64,000 bases of DNA from an uncultured archaeon (GTDB lineage Archaea; Asgardarchaeota; Lokiarchaeia; Sigyniarchaeales; SOKP01), in assembly GCA_964486045.1 (NCBI GenBank), contig CAZALK010000001.1:328242-392241 (forward strand). Direction: 5' to 3'. The notes under the pieces are model-generated. The model was given only the letters and a program-made list of their open reading frames with translations. It was not told the origin of the DNA and made no database searches. How positions within the stretch are numbered: position 1 is the first letter of the stretch; every line of letters starts with the position of its first letter. Positions 59,679-64,000 of the stretch are shown here, one piece after another. A program made the translations under genes and the position numbers.

Positions 59679-61196
59679 TTGATCTTTATTCCATTTCAAA
59701 CAAACATGAGATAGTGATATTTTGTCTGTCCCAGATTTATATTTTCTTTCTCTTATGTCAATAAAAACAGGATAGTTTACTGCATTTCCCATTAACAGCA
59801 TTTCACCCACACCTAAGCTTGAGATCATGTTAGCATATTCTTTAGTGATTGCCTCAGAACTATCCATAAGGTGTTTTAAGTCATATGGATTTTTTATATT
59901 TAAAACCATTTTTGAATTACACTGAGAAAGTGCAGTAGTACTTAATCTTTTAGGTCTTTGGCTAATCAGACATAAACATGCCATGAATTTTCTTCCCTCC
60001 CTTGCAATCATTTCAATTATAGGTTTCGAAATCGCTTTAGAATGAGCTGCTTCAGGACAAAACTGATGTGCTTCCTCAATAATTAATAAGAAGGGCGGAA
60101 TTTTATTCATCCTTCTTAATTTAAACAATTGATTGCAAATATAATCTAAAATGATTTGTTTCTTTCTAATACTTATCTCTTTTTGAAGGTTAAAAATAGT
60201 AATTTTTTGTTTTTCAATTACTTTATTTAAAATTGGATTTTCTTGAGAACCGAATAAAGTCAACCTTTCTAAATCAGATAACCACCCTATCAGAGCTTGT
60301 CGCGTGCTTTTATTTCCATCAGAGTCATTTTCAATTTGACTAATAATATCACTTATTGAATAACGCCCTTTAGTTTCACCACTTTTCTTTATTTTTTTAA
60401 GATATTTTGATAATTCTCTCACTTGAACATTAGAAATATCCTCTTGATATTTTTTAAAGGAATAAGCTGACATTTTAGGTACCGCTATTTGAAAATAAGA
60501 GATATCTTGAATACTTACTCTTTCATTTAATTCAGGAATTTCTTTTAGATATAAATACTCCCCATGTACATCAAAAAGGATTATTGCAGGAGTACCACAT
60601 TCCTCATCTCGTGTTAGCAATTCTTCAATGAGAACCGAGGTAAGATAACTTTTTCCACCGCCGGAAATAGAAAGAATAGCAAAATGTTTGTTCAACAATC
60701 GATTCATATTGATCTTTGCGCACATGGAGGAAACTTTAACTTTACCAAGTTCCAGTCCAAACTCCCTAGAAAAACCAATGAATTGATTGAGAAGGATTTC
60801 TTCTACAATATATACACTCCTTCCTGGACTAGCTGGATAAGTCATCCGTAAAATTTTTTTAATTTCCTTTTTAGAGTTGTCTTTGAATTTTATTATTCCT
60901 AAACATTTTACGATGCCGATCGCGAATTCAAATTCTTCGCTAGGGAATAATCCTTTCAATATGTTTGGATTATTATTGTTATTATAAGCTTTGATAGTTA
61001 AAGCATCGGTAAAATATTCATTTAAAAGAACGATTCGTTCAATAATTCCGATAAGAAATCCTTCCTTAGATTGTGTATAAACAAATAATCCTTTTTGGAT
61101 AAATAATTTATCTTTTCTTTTACTAAGAACGAAAGGGAATAGTGATACATCAGGCAATTGAAGATAATTAAATACTGTTCCGACTTTTAATGCCAT
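59670..61196 (-). CDS. HerA/DUF87-family ATPase
   Basis: HAS-barrel-like N-terminus, KHFAILSISGGGKS, FDVHGEY, IEEAHQF, AREGRKF, SQRP. Confidence 0.9.
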   Translation of the reverse strand: MALKVGTVFNYLQLPDVSLFPFVLSKRKDKLFIQKGLFVYTQSKEGFLIGIIERIVLLNEYFTDALTIKAYNNNNNPNILKGLFPSEEFEFAIGIVKCLGIIKFKDNSKKEIKKILRMTYPASPGRSVYIVEEILLNQFIGFSREFGLELGKVKVSSMCAKINMNRLLNKHFAILSISGGGKSYLTSVLIEELLTRDEECGTPAIILFDVHGEYLYLKEIPELNERVSIQDISYFQIAVPKMSAYSFKKYQEDISNVQVRELSKYLKKIKKSGETKGRYSISDIISQIENDSDGNKSTRQALIGWLSDLERLTLFGSQENPILNKVIEKQKITIFNLQKEISIRKKQIILDYICNQLFKLRRMNKIPPFLLIIEEAHQFCPEAAHSKAISKPIIEMIAREGRKFMACLCLISQRPKRLSTTALSQCNSKMVLNIKNPYDLKHLMDSSEAITKEYANMISSLGVGEMLLMGNAVNYPVFIDIRERKYKSGTDKISLSHVCLKWNKDQLN

Positions 61197-61346
61197 TTTT
61201 TTAATTTAGCAGATGTAGTTTATCAAAAAAAATAATATAATAATAAAAAAAGATCAAAAGGGAATAAAAAAACGATAAGAGCAAAAGATTATTGATTTAA
61301 ATAGAAAAACAAATTAAAATTCATTTTTTCCTTTATTAAGTTAGTC

Positions 61347-61970
61347 TTATTCTTTCTCGTCCTCTTTCTCTAAGGCACCCATTATTTTCAAAATTAAGTA
61401 ATACCCGTTTTTCCAAAAGTAAATCATAAAAAGAGAGGAACCAACAAGAAGAAATATTCCAAGCCCTATGGCTAAAACCCAAGGTCCTGTGCTAGTTAAA
61501 AAAGTAATATCTGAAAAAGATCCTCCAGGCCCAGCTAACACATCCCAAATGATGGCTAAAATTACGCCAATTATAATTGCAATAATACTTACTAATAATC
61601 CACCGGCTGCAATTTTCACTCCCTTTCGATTTTTATATCTTGCTTCTAGCTCTCTTTTTTTATATATAAAACTCATTAGTGAACGTGAAGATTTTCTGAA
61701 TAATCCTGAAAAGAACACCAATAAGAAAAACAATCCTGCTAAAAGACCACCAATAATTGCAATTTTATATCCCAAATTTAAATCCAAAAATAATTGGGTT
61801 TTCCCTGTTCGCCCAACAAAAATATCAGCAAGAGTCCATATAATCCCTCCTAGAGTAACGAGACTAGCAGTTACAATCATTACATAAAAAATTCCAGCAA
61901 CTATTCTTTGAGTTTTATTAAACTCTATACTTGGGGTAACAGAAGTATTTTCCATTTTTCTCACATCCAT
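61347..61970 (-). CDS. Four-TM membrane protein with a two-fold internal repeat
   Basis: Two similar helical-hairpin units (..IIW..DI/DV..FL....G..IAI....L/F.K....). Confidence 0.7.
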   Translation of the reverse strand: MDVRKMENTSVTPSIEFNKTQRIVAGIFYVMIVTASLVTLGGIIWTLADIFVGRTGKTQLFLDLNLGYKIAIIGGLLAGLFFLLVFFSGLFRKSSRSLMSFIYKKRELEARYKNRKGVKIAAGGLLVSIIAIIIGVILAIIWDVLAGPGGSFSDITFLTSTGPWVLAIGLGIFLLVGSSLFMIYFWKNGYYLILKIMGALEKEDEKE

Positions 61971-62226
61971 ATATTAATATTATTTCAATTTTTGTTAGTA
62001 TCTTATTTATTCGTGATTTTAGACGATTTGTTGTTTCGTTTTTTTTTTATTTTAAACCCGTGCTTCTTACTTTTCTAAAATTTTTAGATTTTAGATTTAA
62101 AGGTTTTTTATAATTTCTTATCAAAACAACACTATGTATTATTGATTATAGAAAAAATAACAATTTATATATATAAAATTGATGTTTAAAGTAAAAGTAC
62201 AAAAAAAAAAGGAGATAACTTACTAT

Positions 62227-63762
62227 TTATTTAAGTTCACTAGGATTTACATCCCTTAACTTTTTATACAAATTGTTATTTGCCAGTAAATTATACATCT
62301 CATTTGAAAAACGATAAATTTTTCCATAGACTTGGTTATTTACCTCGCGAGAATCCCATTTTTTATCCACTTTACACAAGTTTTCAGCAGCTTTTGAGAT
62401 ATCTGTAAATAATCCTGCCCCAGAGGCTGCAAGTATCGCAGCTCCTAGAGAAGTTGCCTCTTCAATCACATTTCTAATACAGGTAATTCCTAGTACATCA
62501 GCAATAATTTGATTCCATAAATCTGAACGAGAACCACCACCAGTTAGCTTCAATTCCTTAGGTTCTATTCCAATCTCTTTGAAAACTTCCATATTTTTAC
62601 GGATTTCAAAAGCTACACCCTCAAGCACAGCTCTATATATATCCTTTCGTTGATGACCCAATGCTAAGCCAAATAATAGTCCCTTAGCATGAGGGTTCCA
62701 ATGGGGTGATCCTGCTCCAACTAAATGTGGTATTAAAACCAAACCGTTTGCTCCCATAGGAGATTCTTCAGCTTGGGCAGTCATTAAGTCATAGGGATCC
62801 TGACCTTTTTCTTTAGCCAAAAGACTTTCAACCTGACCGACTTGATCTCGAACCCACCTAAGTGTTGCTCCAGTTGTAAAAATACTGGCTTCTTGAACCC
62901 ATGTACCAGGAACAGCATGACAACTACATAAGACACGTTTCTGCGGATCAAAGTTAGGTGCTGCTAAAAAAGCAAGTATAAAGCTTCCAGTTCCAGTTGT
63001 GCATTTCATTTCTCCAGGCGAAACAACCCCTACACCCAATGCTGCAGATTGTTGATCTCCAGCTCCTGTGACTACTAAAGTTTTCTTATCAAACATAGTA
63101 TCATTAGTTATCATTTCTCCTATATCTGTACCACTTGCTAATGTTTCGGGCATTTTATCTAAGTCAAGTTCTAAATCAGAAGCAATTTCATCAGAATACC
63201 TCAAATTTTTTATATCAAATAACATCGTTCGTGAAGCGTTTGAGAAATCAGTATAATATTTGCCTGTTAATTTGAAAATTATGAAATCTGAAACAAGAAG
63301 AAATTTATGAGTTTTTTTGTAAATCTCTGGTTTTTTATCTTTAAACCATAAGATTTTTGGAGCTGAAAAGTAAGGATCAATTGTTAGGCCGGTAGTTTCA
63401 TAAACTTTATCGTTTCCAATTACCTTCTCAATAAATTCTACTTGATCTATCGTTCGTCTATCCTGCCAGACTAAAGCATTATGAAGTGGGTTACCTTCTT
63501 TATCAATCGGAACAATGGTTTCACGTTGATTAGTCACAGATAGGCTCACAATGTCAGTTTTATCAATTCCACTTTTTTTTATTGCTCGTTCAATTGTTTT
63601 TTTAATTGAATTCCACCAAATATTGGCATCTTGCTCAACGTATGATGGAGAAGGGAAATAACTTTCCCATTCTTGGTAATCGCTTGCAATAATTGTCCCA
63701 GCTAAATCAAAAATAAATGTTCTACATCCAGTTGTTCCTAAATCTAATGATGCAATAAACAA
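62227..63762 (-). CDS. FGGY-family carbohydrate kinase (glycerol kinase/xylulokinase-like)
   Basis: DLGTTG, TNQRET, WQDRR, TDFSNASRT, GDQQ, GTGSF, GGGSRS. Confidence 0.92.
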   Translation of the reverse strand: MFIASLDLGTTGCRTFIFDLAGTIIASDYQEWESYFPSPSYVEQDANIWWNSIKKTIERAIKKSGIDKTDIVSLSVTNQRETIVPIDKEGNPLHNALVWQDRRTIDQVEFIEKVIGNDKVYETTGLTIDPYFSAPKILWFKDKKPEIYKKTHKFLLVSDFIIFKLTGKYYTDFSNASRTMLFDIKNLRYSDEIASDLELDLDKMPETLASGTDIGEMITNDTMFDKKTLVVTGAGDQQSAALGVGVVSPGEMKCTTGTGSFILAFLAAPNFDPQKRVLCSCHAVPGTWVQEASIFTTGATLRWVRDQVGQVESLLAKEKGQDPYDLMTAQAEESPMGANGLVLIPHLVGAGSPHWNPHAKGLLFGLALGHQRKDIYRAVLEGVAFEIRKNMEVFKEIGIEPKELKLTGGGSRSDLWNQIIADVLGITCIRNVIEEATSLGAAILAASGAGLFTDISKAAENLCKVDKKWDSREVNNQVYGKIYRFSNEMYNLLANNNLYKKLRDVNPSELK

Positions 63763-63965
63763 AATTGAATCAGTCCTTAATATTTTTAGTTCTTTTAATA
63801 AATTATATATCGAACGATTGAATAAAAATCATTATTAAAGATTTGGATAAAAGAGTAGGATGTACTTAAGTTGTTGATACACACACTCTGAACAGACTAA
63901 TTTACCAAACGCTACACAATAATACTCGATTAATGTTGTTAAAATTATAAGTTGGTCATTATATA

Positions 63966-64000
63966 CTAACTTGCTTGATACCCACAATAAGGACATTTTA
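63966..64000 (-). CDS. Possible 3' end of a zinc-ribbon-terminated gene running off the window
   Basis: Minus strand reads KCPYCGYQAS* with TAG at 63966-63968. Only 11 codons are visible. Confidence 0.4.
   Translation of the reverse strand, partial: KCPYCGYQAS

Noticed and set aside
1127-63256. Many short ORF-track entries nested antisense or out of frame within long genes (e.g. 1127-1498, 8996-9379, 58099-58554, 61468-61887)
   Set aside because: Fully overlapped by well-supported genes and lacking independent motifs.

Overview
AT-rich (roughly 30% GC by eye) archaeal chromosomal window, almost certainly from an Asgard archaeon of the Lokiarchaeia type: it has a Lokiactin, two Rab-like small GTPases with C-terminal zinc ribbons, and roadblock, longin-like and LRR proteins among archaeal housekeeping genes (Alba, Rpo6, Hef, SRP54, aIF5A, Nob1, FEN1, CDC48). 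The left end is an HdrA/MvhD/Flx-like electron-bifurcation operon. The main finding is the small GTPase gene at 25913-26527. It is interrupted in its G3/switch-II region by a 30-nt insert (26099-26128) that carries two in-frame stops. The insert's ends lie exactly where a tRNA-splicing endonuclease would cut a bulge-helix-bulge/loop motif, and removing it restores a gap-free match to the intact paralog at 20829-21434. It is therefore a candidate endonuclease-spliced mRNA intron in an Asgard eukaryotic-signature gene. A tRNA-Val(CAC) 2.6 kb away has two similarly sized introns at non-canonical positions, which implies a permissive splicing endonuclease. The 3' end of the same GTPase gene is duplicated 2 kb downstream (41-bp repeat with synonymous differences), bounding a decayed integrated islet. 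Several collapsed pseudogenes missed or misread by the ORF track were also found. All calls come from reading the sequence; no database searches or folding programs were run.
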